Assembly: GCA_050259635.1 (NCBI GenBank)
Contig: JBLNBA010000002.1
Span: 26,681-90,680, forward strand
Reading direction: 5' to 3'
DNA length: 64,000 nucleotides
Origin: Bacillota bacterium
GTDB taxonomy: Bacteria; Patescibacteriota; Patescibacteriia; Patescibacteriales; UBA12465
The position numbers and the translations under genes were made by a program. The notes beneath the pieces were generated by a model that made no database searches, had not been told where the DNA came from, and was given only the letters and a program-made list of their open reading frames with translations. The stretch's first letter is position 1; the number at the start of each line of letters is the position of its first letter. This document shows positions 26,589 through 36,468 of the stretch, in pieces.

Positions 26589-26617
26589 TGTAACAAATAG
26601 AGGGGAAAGCGGTATTA
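26589..26617 (+). promoter_or_regulatory. putative ECF-type autoregulatory promoter
   Basis: TGTAACAAAT (26589-26598), N13, GTATTA (26612-26617). Lies 17 nt before the sigma gene ATG. Confidence 0.5.
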
Positions 26618-26634
26618 ATAAATAGGCGAAACAA

Positions 26635-27144
26635 ATGCTGAAAAATAGGGATAATTTCCTTACTCATTACAACCAGTTCAAGGACAAGATATTCAACTAT
26701 TTTCTTTATCGGACTGGCTTTGATCGAGCTTTAGCGGAAGATTTGACTTCTGAGGTTTTCATGAAGGCCTTAAAAGCTTATGACGGCTTCGATCGCAATA
26801 AGCCTTTCCAGCCCTGGATTTTTACAATCGCTCATAATCATCTGATTAACCATTACAGCCAAGCCGCTAAAGCTACATTTCCCCTGGATGAGTTTGAGGA
26901 CCTGATGCCAGAAGAGGACAACCATGAGGTAGAAATAAGATACGAGGTGGAACAAGTTATGAAGGCGATGGAATCGATGAGCTTTAGTGATCAGGAAGTC
27001 CTGAAACTAAAATTCATCGAGCAGTTGGATAATCAGGAGATAACTGAGATCCTCGATAAGGACGAGGGGGCGGTTAGGACTCAGATCAGCCGCTGTTTGA
27101 AACGATTGCGTCGGATTTTAGGAGATATGAATAAGATTGAATAA
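26635..27144 (+). CDS. ECF-family RNA polymerase sigma factor
   Basis: 169 aa. Region 2 (DLTSEVFMKALKAYDGFD...FQPWIFTIAHNHLINHY) and region 4 HTH (LDNQEITEILDKDEGAVRTQISRCLKRLR). Confidence 0.9.
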   Translation: MLKNRDNFLTHYNQFKDKIFNYFLYRTGFDRALAEDLTSEVFMKALKAYDGFDRNKPFQPWIFTIAHNHLINHYSQAAKATFPLDEFEDLMPEEDNHEVEIRYEVEQVMKAMESMSFSDQEVLKLKFIEQLDNQEITEILDKDEGAVRTQISRCLKRLRRILGDMNKIE

Positions 27145-27145
27145 A

Positions 27146-27880
27146 ATGGATAATTTAGAAAAAATATTAATGGCGTTGCCGGAGAATAAGCTTAGTCGCA
27201 AGGCGGACAGGCTGATTAAGTTCAGGCTGGAAAAGACGATGGTTTTATCGTATTTTAAACGCGTAGCTGAGGGGCCACAAGTTCCTTGGCCTAGAGCCAT
27301 TGTCGCCGGGCTTGCCCTGTTCATGATTTTTATCGCCACTTCCGTCTATGCTTATGCGAGCGATAAGATTTTGCCCGGCGACCGGATATATCCTCTTAAG
27401 CGGGCGGTAGAAAAGATTGAAGAAGCCGTTACTCCGGGTACCGCCAAGATCAAGGTATATGAAAAGCATTCTTCTCGGAGATTACAGGAGGCGCGCGATT
27501 TGAGCACCAAGACGGCCGCCGTATCCGAAAAAAGCGCGGAAGAGAAGGCAAAGGACAGCGAAAATATAAAAAAGAATATTGATTCAGCCGTAATTAAACA
27601 GCAGGCCATCGTGGAAAAGATAAATAAGCTGGATGATTATGACAAGGCGGTAAAGACCATCGATAAAGCGAAAAAAGCAGATAAAAAAAAGACCGAGTAT
27701 CTCGGCCAGATTATTAATAACGCTAAGACAGAAAAGGATGAAGAAAGAATAAAGAAGGCTGAGCAGGCATATGAGTCGATAGATAAAGCGGAGTATAAGG
27801 TTAAGGACAAGAAGATAAAAGAAGAAAAAGTGAAAGAAGACAAGGGGGATAAAGGAGGAAGGAATAAGGAGAAATATTAA
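27146..27880 (+). CDS. putative anti-sigma factor (single TM, Lys-rich extracytoplasmic domain)
   Basis: Starts directly after the sigma gene stop (TTG 27137 is an alternative start). Short cytoplasmic N-terminus, TM AIVAGLALFMIFIATSVYAYA, then PGDRIYPLKRAVEKIEE and a Lys/Glu-rich domain. Confidence 0.65.
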   Translation: MDNLEKILMALPENKLSRKADRLIKFRLEKTMVLSYFKRVAEGPQVPWPRAIVAGLALFMIFIATSVYAYASDKILPGDRIYPLKRAVEKIEEAVTPGTAKIKVYEKHSSRRLQEARDLSTKTAAVSEKSAEEKAKDSENIKKNIDSAVIKQQAIVEKINKLDDYDKAVKTIDKAKKADKKKTEYLGQIINNAKTEKDEERIKKAEQAYESIDKAEYKVKDKKIKEEKVKEDKGDKGGRNKEKY

Positions 27881-27890
27881 TTATTAATAT

Positions 27891-27920
27891 AAAAAGAGGG
27901 AAGTGTTAGCTTCCCTTTTT
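27891..27920. terminator. bidirectional intrinsic terminator
   Basis: GGGAAG / CTTCCC stem flanked by an A-run and a T-run. Confidence 0.7.
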
Positions 27921-27927
27921 AAATTGT

Positions 27928-28428
27928 TCACAATTTGCAGCCGGCGATCCAGTAATCGAATTTAGACTTCTGACCTAGAAGTATTTTTGAAGAGCTAAAT
28001 TTCTTGGATATGGGGTCATAAATCCAGATGTTCTGCGTGATTGAATCACCCTTTGGGCTTATTTCCCAAGTGGCATTTTGCCAGTCACCGACGATAACTT
28101 TTTTCTTTGAGCAATTCTTTTCCATATTACTGCGATAATCATCGTTCGCTAATAAGTACATGAAGAATTGCTTATCAAGTAAAAAGTAGCCGTCTTTTTC
28201 CATTTGGATCAACAAAGAATCAAACGTGGTAGAATTGTTGGAATAATAAAAATTTACTCCATCACAGCTATAGTCATCCCTAATTGGAAATTTTCCGAAA
28301 TAACGGAGGTTTAAAACTGAAGAGGAAATGGTTGGGCCCGATTCCTTTTCGCTACTAAAGGAATTGCAGGATGTTAACCCGGTAAGAGATAAAACGGCAA
28401 TAATAGCCGCCATAATGATTCTGTTCAT
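27928..28428 (-). CDS. hypothetical lipoprotein
   Basis: Signal peptide MNRIIMAAIIAVLSLTGLTSC with a lipobox-like LTSC. ATG 28428 is chosen. Has its own TTGACA-N17-TACTAT promoter upstream. Confidence 0.7.
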   Translation of the reverse strand: MNRIIMAAIIAVLSLTGLTSCNSFSSEKESGPTISSSVLNLRYFGKFPIRDDYSCDGVNFYYSNNSTTFDSLLIQMEKDGYFLLDKQFFMYLLANDDYRSNMEKNCSKKKVIVGDWQNATWEISPKGDSITQNIWIYDPISKKFSSSKILLGQKSKFDYWIAGCKL

Positions 28429-28530
28429 GGCTGATGAATTTTGAGATTGGTTTATAAAAGAACTAACCGGAAATAGTATCATTATATTTAAGATTTGTCA
28501 ATAATAGGTTTACTAAAAAAACAACCTAAC

Positions 28531-28556
28531 AAAAAACCGCCATTAAGGCGGTTTTT
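28531..28556 (-). terminator. intrinsic terminator ending the 16S transcription unit
   Basis: On the minus strand, AACCGCC TTAA TGGCGGTT followed by T6. Lies 145 nt after the 16S 3' end. Confidence 0.7.
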
Positions 28557-28571
28557 GCATTTCAACTTGGT

Positions 28572-28608
28572 AATTTTGAGTCTAATCGGCACCGATTCAG
28601 GATAATAA
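28572..28608. repeat. inverted-repeat arm (3' flank of 16S), partner of 30230-30265
   Basis: AATTTTGAGTCTAATCGGCACCGATTCAGGATAATAA is near-complementary to the 5'-flank arm. This is the presumed pre-rRNA processing stem. Confidence 0.65.
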
Positions 28609-28700
28609 TTTGTTTATTACCTTGCGGTAATATCATAGTACCGAAGTACTATGTCGACTATTGTCTTCTTCATCGATGATGAAGGACAAATACTCCCTAG

Positions 28701-30178
<1,478 letters not shown>

Positions 30179-30229
30179 TAGTATAGAGATCATCGGTCCC
30201 GAAGGACTGATGAAAAGATTCTGGTTGAT

Positions 30230-30265
30230 TTATTATCCGAATTGATGCCGATTAGCATCAAAATT
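30230..30265. repeat. inverted-repeat arm (5' flank of 16S), partner of 28572-28608
   Basis: TTATTATCCGAATTGATGCCGATTAGCATCAAAATT. Lies 52 nt upstream of the mature 16S 5' end in the transcript. Confidence 0.65.
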
Positions 30266-30523
30266 TTTCATGTTTATTCACCAAGTTTGAAATTGTCAAA
30301 GTTCCGTTGCTTGAAAGCTCGCAAGCTAGACAGAAAAAAACAGAGATATACAAATATCTTGTTTTTATTAACCTATTCTTGTTTTATGTTTTCAAGTAAC
30401 CCTATCTTATATCATTTGCAAACGGCTGTCAAGTATCCTCTGATTGTATAATTTTATTGGAAAAAATCTATAAAATCTGGTATATTATGGGTGACTATAT
30501 AGCTATCAATAAATTGGTTTTTT

Positions 30524-30694
30524 ATGCAAAATAACGGACAGGAGACCGGAGAGGTGGAAAAGATCTTCGCTGAAGCGAAGCAAGCCCTTTTTTCTCTCCA
30601 TAGCCGGAAATTAGAGTTAATCAAAAGATTTAAAAACGCAGCCGATGCCGAGGAGGCGGCCGATATCTTAAATAAGATTCAATCTCTGCGCTAA
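30524..30694 (+). CDS. small hypothetical protein (56 aa, below the ORF-track cutoff)
   Basis: Translated by hand as MQNNGQETGEVEKIFAEAKQALFSLHSRKLELIKRFKNAADAEEAADILNKIQSLR. The stop is 9 nt before the start of the 1269-aa ORF. Confidence 0.45.
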   Translation: MQNNGQETGEVEKIFAEAKQALFSLHSRKLELIKRFKNAADAEEAADILNKIQSLR

Positions 30695-30703
30695 CCTAAT
30701 AAT

Positions 30704-33700
30704 ATGAAAAACGCGGAAACCCTAAAGATTTCCAAGGAAAAGAAGCCAAGTAAAGCGCCAATCGCGGCTGAGGCCTTATTAGATAGGCGGGAAGAGATTG
30801 CGGCCTGGAAAGACCAGATCATGAATGCCAAAGGTAAGAAGCAGCAGGAATTAAAGAACCAATTCAAACAGGAGTTCGGGAAAACATACAGCACCAAGCT
30901 ATTAGAGCGATTGAATATTGAATTGCAGGAGCAGAACCTTATTGCTCAGGCCGAAAGCCTGATTAATCAGGCGACGGTGGATGTAAGAGAAGAAGCGAAG
31001 GCGGAAAGCGCGGTAGCGGAGATCAAGCAATATAAGGAAGAAGCGGAGAATATCGATGAAGAGAGGAAGGGTGTCGTGAATGAAAGCTTAAGAAAAGCAG
31101 GAGAAGTTTCGGGCCTTAAGAGGATAATGGACAAGATCTTAAAAGATTATCCTTATTTCGAAGAGAAGGACCTGGAAAAGAAGGAAAAGAAAATTGTCTC
31201 AGAAAAAGGTCATGCCAATCTGAGTGACGATGAATGGGCGGTGATAGAAAAAGCGCAAGCAGCCAGTAAGGCGGCGGCGGTTGAAGATTTTGATTTTCCG
31301 CAGGCAGATCCTTCCCAATCAAGCGATGAGGAAAGTATTGATGAAGAGGGTATCCGCCGGGATATAGCTGAACAGGAAAACTGGGAAAAGGAAGCGGTAG
31401 ATAAGGAAAGGAATAGTGGAACTAAACCAGAGAGGAGCCACGTAAAATTTACCCCTGAAGAATGGTCCGTCATTGAAAAGGCGCGTGCCGGCGTTAAAGC
31501 TGAATCTGAGGCATCTTTTCCTCAGTCGGATCCCTCTCAATCCGGAAGTAAAATTGATTTTGATTTCGATGCCATTTCTAAAGACATGGCCGAGCAGGAG
31601 GCTTTAGAAAAGCAAGGTGCGTTGAGAAAAAGTATAAAAACTGGGAATGAAGAAGAAATTAGAAATAAGGAAGCGAGCGTCGATCCTGTTAAGGCCGAAC
31701 TTGCAGCTGAAGATAATCAACCGGAAGAAAAGACGATAGAAGTTGTTGCCGATCCGGTAACCGACCAGGACGGAGAAAATAAAAATGAGGACATAGAAGA
31801 TATCTTCGGCAAAGAAGTGATGGATAAATTCCGGACCCTTGGATTAGATAACGAGGATTTAAGGACGATTCCGGGAATCGAGGATCTTGATCCTATCACC
31901 CAGATGACCATCGCCTCATCCTTGGAGGTGATGGCATTGCAGCGCGCAGAGAAAGAAAAATCGGAGCTGATTGCCGCAACTATGGAGGGGAAAGGACGCA
32001 TTGGCAGGGTATTTAAACAGATAGCAAACAGTTTCCAGCAGGGGAAATATGAAAAACAGGCTTTGCATAATCAACTGGGGATAGAAAAGAACGGCCCCGT
32101 GCTGGCTTCCCTGGTCCGATGGGCGAAAGAATTTGAAATCAACGGCTTTGAATATGAAAATGATGGAGAGAAGGTTTCAATGGTAAATTACGCATTACCC
32201 TTCGGGCAAATGCGTATTCCGGAAGAATTTTTGATCAAATTCAATGTTGCTGCTTCAGACTTAGCCAACCTGCCGAAGCATTTCCAATATGAAGCTGGCG
32301 CTTTAGAAAAAAGCGGCAACCAGAAGAAGCGGGAGCAGGAGTACGGCGAGGCTCAGGAAGCTTATGGAAGCGCCAGGCAAAAGATAGTATCAATATTAAA
32401 GGCTCAGGGAGTGAATGATTACGAGTTAGCGGAGCTCACTCTTAAGGCAGATGGTTTAGTGGATATGATGCAGAATTTGGCTGCTAATCCTGACTTGGAA
32501 AAGGAGTGGAATAAAATGGCGAAAGGCTCGTCATACTTTAAGAACTTGGTCAGTAAGGAAAATGCCCAATACTTCGCCGCTGGTTATGCTTCTAAGCTGG
32601 CTCTTGCGGGGATCATGGGTGCTGTCGCTGTTCCTCTGGTTGCAGCCGGCGTTGCTTCTCTGCGTGCCCTGAAACGCTCTCGGAATGAACTGGTTAAGAA
32701 AGACAGCCTGGCAAGTACGAATGATCGGCCAAAAAATGATTTGGTCGAATTTAGAACCGCTTCCGTCAAGGCTTTGCAGGAATTGGTGCCGCCGGAATTT
32801 TCGATGGATCCCATGAAATGGGTTAATGAGCTGGCAACCGAAGAACAAAAGGATAAATATTTCGATCATATATCGGCTATTAAATATGCCGATGAGAAAA
32901 TGAAATCAATTGCAAAGAAGGAATCCAAGGATGTGGGCAGGAAGATGCTGGACGCTAATGAGCTGGCAGGCAGACTAAAAAGAGACGTTGAGATAATGGA
33001 TAACAAATATAGGTCCGGAACTTATGATGTGAGCGCTCTTGCCCGGCGCGTACGCTTTACCTATGACTCTATTCAGAATGGGCTGGTAAGTTTTGGCGAG
33101 AGCACTGATCGCCCCCTGAATATGGCAAGGCTCATCCAAACCTTGCAGCGATGTGATCGGATAGTTCGGCAAGAAGGCGATATGGAAGAAAACCAGAAGC
33201 TGGCCGAGCAAATGATCGCTAAAATCTTTGAAAGAGGGCAGAAGAAATTAAGTTCGAATAGGCGTCGGTATCTGGCTCAAAGCATGGCAAAGGGCGCGTT
33301 TATGGGGGCTGCCTTCGCTTTGGCTGGCCGGGCAGTGAGTTCCTTGTTTGATAATATCGGCGGCCACAGTACTCCCGGGACGATGAGGGTGCCTGGTAAC
33401 ATTAACCTAGAACATGATGCGCCGGTTTCTGAAACTGTAACAGGGAACGAGTCAGAGGTGCTCGGTGAACCCGCTGCGGGCGATGTTGCGGACAAGATGG
33501 CGGATAGCCAAACGCAGGCGGCCACTGAAAGCCCGATAGCAGAAGGAGTGCGGATCAACCAGGGTGGCCCAAGTTCAGAACCATCCGCTGATGCGGTTCG
33601 CCAGGCGGTGGAAGGAAAAGCGGATTCATTTAGAGACTCCATCAGCAATGAGAACCTTAAAGGGTCAGATTCAGTCTGGCGTTCTACTAAGCAAATATTT

Positions 33701-34513
33701 TTAGACAATGCCGGCAAGCTTGGATACAAGGGTGACCTTAATAATGTTTCGGCTTTGGACAGATGGGCGGAAATGAATGCGAACACGGCTTTGGCTAATA
33801 GCGGGGATATTACCGACAAGGTCTTTGAAGGCAATATTGTCAATCTGGAAAAGAGCGGTGGAGAATACTTCGTTTCTTTAGAGGCAGGGGATGGGCCGGA
33901 ACCCGATTATTTGCCTAACATCGAGGCGGACGAAGCTCTGGCGGTAGAGGCAGAAGCACCAGTGGGCGAAACTACCGAAGGGGTATCGTCTCTTGATATT
34001 GTCCAGGAAAGATATGGGGTGGAGGAAGCCGATATAATGACGGCTCGCGGTTCGGTGATAACGGCGGATATCGACGGTAAAGAGGTCTCCATTAATTTAG
34101 ATACCGATAATTATTCATACTTCCAAGGCGATCAGGAAATAACCGGCCATTTGGATGGTTCTCAGAATATATATGAAGCTTTGGGAAATGATGGAGGAAA
34201 AAACTTTGAAGCGGACATCGAGCCCGCGGCTGAGCCGAACATAGAACAGCCCGCTACTCCTCCGACGGCCGAAGAGATCGGTAAATATATAGAAAACAAC
34301 CGCCTAACTATGTCTGCGGTTGAAAGGCGCGAGGATGTGCTGGCTCAAATTGAGAAGGCAACCGGAGTAAATGATTTGGAGTCATTATTAACCAAGAAAG
34401 AAAATCATTTTCTTAATGATTTGATTCAAAAGATTGATTCTAAAGGTTTCAAGCCGGGAGGCGGCAAGGAGCTCCAAGAATTTATGGACAAGGTAGTGAA
34501 AAAATATAAATAG
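30704..34513 (+). CDS. large acidic hypothetical protein with two predicted internal TM helices
   Basis: A 1269-aa uninterrupted ORF. The N-terminal ~600 aa is Glu/Lys-rich. Hydrophobic segments are KLALAGIMGAVAVPLVAAGVASL and AKGAFMGAAFALAGRAVSSLF. No motif I recognise. Confidence 0.8.
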   Translation: MKNAETLKISKEKKPSKAPIAAEALLDRREEIAAWKDQIMNAKGKKQQELKNQFKQEFGKTYSTKLLERLNIELQEQNLIAQAESLINQATVDVREEAKAESAVAEIKQYKEEAENIDEERKGVVNESLRKAGEVSGLKRIMDKILKDYPYFEEKDLEKKEKKIVSEKGHANLSDDEWAVIEKAQAASKAAAVEDFDFPQADPSQSSDEESIDEEGIRRDIAEQENWEKEAVDKERNSGTKPERSHVKFTPEEWSVIEKARAGVKAESEASFPQSDPSQSGSKIDFDFDAISKDMAEQEALEKQGALRKSIKTGNEEEIRNKEASVDPVKAELAAEDNQPEEKTIEVVADPVTDQDGENKNEDIEDIFGKEVMDKFRTLGLDNEDLRTIPGIEDLDPITQMTIASSLEVMALQRAEKEKSELIAATMEGKGRIGRVFKQIANSFQQGKYEKQALHNQLGIEKNGPVLASLVRWAKEFEINGFEYENDGEKVSMVNYALPFGQMRIPEEFLIKFNVAASDLANLPKHFQYEAGALEKSGNQKKREQEYGEAQEAYGSARQKIVSILKAQGVNDYELAELTLKADGLVDMMQNLAANPDLEKEWNKMAKGSSYFKNLVSKENAQYFAAGYASKLALAGIMGAVAVPLVAAGVASLRALKRSRNELVKKDSLASTNDRPKNDLVEFRTASVKALQELVPPEFSMDPMKWVNELATEEQKDKYFDHISAIKYADEKMKSIAKKESKDVGRKMLDANELAGRLKRDVEIMDNKYRSGTYDVSALARRVRFTYDSIQNGLVSFGESTDRPLNMARLIQTLQRCDRIVRQEGDMEENQKLAEQMIAKIFERGQKKLSSNRRRYLAQSMAKGAFMGAAFALAGRAVSSLFDNIGGHSTPGTMRVPGNINLEHDAPVSETVTGNESEVLGEPAAGDVADKMADSQTQAATESPIAEGVRINQGGPSSEPSADAVRQAVEGKADSFRDSISNENLKGSDSVWRSTKQIFLDNAGKLGYKGDLNNVSALDRWAEMNANTALANSGDITDKVFEGNIVNLEKSGGEYFVSLEAGDGPEPDYLPNIEADEALAVEAEAPVGETTEGVSSLDIVQERYGVEEADIMTARGSVITADIDGKEVSINLDTDNYSYFQGDQEITGHLDGSQNIYEALGNDGGKNFEADIEPAAEPNIEQPATPPTAEEIGKYIENNRLTMSAVERREDVLAQIEKATGVNDLESLLTKKENHFLNDLIQKIDSKGFKPGGGKELQEFMDKVVKKYK
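31209..31625 (+). repeat. intragenic tandem duplication (about 76 aa x 2)
   Basis: HANLSDDEWAVIEKAQAASKA...FPQADPSQSS...DIAEQENWEKEA aligns with HVKFTPEEWSVIEKARAGVKA...FPQSDPSQSG...DMAEQEALEKQGA. Confidence 0.7.
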
Positions 34514-34526
34514 TCGTGACATCTAC

Positions 34527-34555
34527 AAAAAACGGCCAGAAATGGCCGTTTTTTT
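34527..34555 (+). terminator. intrinsic terminator
   Basis: AACGGCCA GAAA TGGCCGTT followed by T7. Confidence 0.85.
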
Positions 34556-34591
34556 AGATTATATGATTATGACGGCCAGGCGGGGATAAGA

Positions 34592-34620
34592 TTGACAGTT
34601 AATGAAATAAATGCTAGTAT
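34592..34620 (+). promoter_or_regulatory. sigma70-type promoter
   Basis: TTGACA-N17-TAGTAT. Confidence 0.5.
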
Positions 34621-34683
34621 ATAAAGAATCTTTTGGGATTCGCTAATAAACTAGATCATTAACAATATAAATAAAACTTAAAG

Positions 34684-35619
34684 ATGAAAGCAGCCTATGT
34701 ATTATTATTGGCCCTCTTGATATCGATTGGCCAATTCGCCTGTGCTCAGGCGATTGTAAAAAATCCTTCCAGCGAGGAGATGGAAATATCTTCGCGCTCA
34801 GGTACGACCATAATCAATCCGGGGCAAGAAAAGCTAATCCCATGGCTGCCACCCAACGGCAGTATGGAAGTTACTTTACGCACCCGGAGCGGCCGTTCTA
34901 TTAAATCCGAGCGAATGTCTCTGCAAGCAAAGGATGGGAGAGCGACTTTAACTTCCATTTCGTCAAAACAAGATGGACGGAAAGTTCCATCAGTGCCACC
35001 TTCTGCAACCACCACCACCGAGTTAAAGACTACAGGGGTCCGAATGCAGGATTTGGTGGTTGAGAATCTATCCGGTCATCGCTTTGTGATTATCGGACAG
35101 CCGAATAGCTCCTTCGTCGGGCTTGCCCTTGCCGACAAGGCAATATCAAGCTCACAAAGAGTTCCCACCGGCTTGCATCAGCTTTCTGCTTTATTGGACA
35201 TGGATGCAGAGGGCAAGAGCACAGGAAAGAATTTTGCTCAAGCGGTAATTAAATTTATCGTCGTTGAAGGCGATGAAAAGATTACTATCCGTCCAGAGAA
35301 TGTTGTCCAAATTGGCGGTGAGCTTGTAAAGGCACGTCTTCGCTCCTTATTTCCCTTTAAGGTAGTTATTGTTTCTACCGGCGAATTACAAGGCAAGGCA
35401 ATGAGATCTCGAGGGTTTCTCCGCGGAGTGTATTCCTTTAACACCGGATTTAACACGATGTCTATCCAATATTTCAAGGATGGTGTTAAATACCAGAGCG
35501 ATGTCGAGTTCATTGTAACTCGAGAAGAAAAGATAATCTCAGTTGGTGAATCTGCTCTCAGGAATACAGTGGCGGTTAGCGTACCGTCAGCAGCCCAAGG
35601 CGGTTACAGCACCTTTTAA
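34684..35619 (+). CDS. secreted hypothetical protein
   Basis: 311 aa. Signal peptide MKAAYVLLLALLISIGQFACAQA. Composition is beta-rich. No recognised motif. Confidence 0.75.
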   Translation: MKAAYVLLLALLISIGQFACAQAIVKNPSSEEMEISSRSGTTIINPGQEKLIPWLPPNGSMEVTLRTRSGRSIKSERMSLQAKDGRATLTSISSKQDGRKVPSVPPSATTTTELKTTGVRMQDLVVENLSGHRFVIIGQPNSSFVGLALADKAISSSQRVPTGLHQLSALLDMDAEGKSTGKNFAQAVIKFIVVEGDEKITIRPENVVQIGGELVKARLRSLFPFKVVIVSTGELQGKAMRSRGFLRGVYSFNTGFNTMSIQYFKDGVKYQSDVEFIVTREEKIISVGESALRNTVAVSVPSAAQGGYSTF

Positions 35620-35638
35620 CTAGTAAATTAATATTCAT

Positions 35639-35667
35639 ACCCGATTTATTTTAAAGTCGGGTTTTTT
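35639..35667 (+). terminator. intrinsic terminator
   Basis: ACCCGA / TCGGGT stem with a 12-nt loop, followed by T6. Confidence 0.6.
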
Positions 35668-35685
35668 CTTTTATTGACCTTCAAA

Positions 35686-35714
35686 TTGACCGTAGAGGCT
35701 TGCTTTGTTATAAT
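35686..35714 (+). promoter_or_regulatory. sigma70-type promoter
   Basis: TTGACC-N17-TATAAT. Confidence 0.55.
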
Positions 35715-35793
35715 AAACATAAGGTTGGAGGACCTATTTTTGTTGTAAGGATGTATATCCTCTACTAATTTTTATTAAATATTAGATTAAAAT

Positions 35794-36444
35794 ATGATAT
35801 TAACCTGGCTCGGCCATTCCTGTTTTAAGTTTCAAGATAAGATCGGTCCGGAAGGGGTAACGGTAGTATCCGATCCCTTTGGAAAACAGTATGGCCTGAA
35901 AGTTCCAAATTTTGAGGCGGATATCGTAACAGTATCCCATAGCCATGAGGATCATAATAATGTTTCTGCTTTACGAGGGGCGCCATTTGTAATCGATGCC
36001 CCCGGCGAGTATGACGTGAAAAATGTCCTTGTGGAAGGGGTGGCCTCTTTTCATGATGCTTCGGAAGGGAAAGAAAGGGGAAATAATATTATCTTCCGTT
36101 TGGAGATCGATGACATATCCATCGTCCACCTGGGTGACTTCGGGCAGACTTCTTTAGATAGCGCCCAGTTGGAAAAACTGGCCGGGACCGATATCCTGCT
36201 TATTCCTGTCGGGGGAAAATATACTATCGATGCCAAGAAGGCGGTAGAGATTATTGCCCAGATCGAGCCGAGGATCGTTATCCCGATGCACTATAAGACT
36301 GAAGACCTTAAATTGGATGATTTGGATGGCGTTGATAAATTCATTAAGGAAATCGGCTTGACGCCTACCTATGAAGAGAAGCTGAAAATCAGCAAAAAAG
36401 ATCTGCCGAGCGAGGATATGGAGCTCGTAATCATGAAGTATTAA
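35794..36444 (+). CDS. metallo-beta-lactamase-fold hydrolase (UPF0173/UlaG-like)
   Basis: 216 aa with LTWLGHSCF, VSHSHEDHNN and GDFG. Confidence 0.82.
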   Translation: MILTWLGHSCFKFQDKIGPEGVTVVSDPFGKQYGLKVPNFEADIVTVSHSHEDHNNVSALRGAPFVIDAPGEYDVKNVLVEGVASFHDASEGKERGNNIIFRLEIDDISIVHLGDFGQTSLDSAQLEKLAGTDILLIPVGGKYTIDAKKAVEIIAQIEPRIVIPMHYKTEDLKLDDLDGVDKFIKEIGLTPTYEEKLKISKKDLPSEDMELVIMKY

Positions 36445-36468
36445 TAATTTTTTAAAGTATATAAGAAT

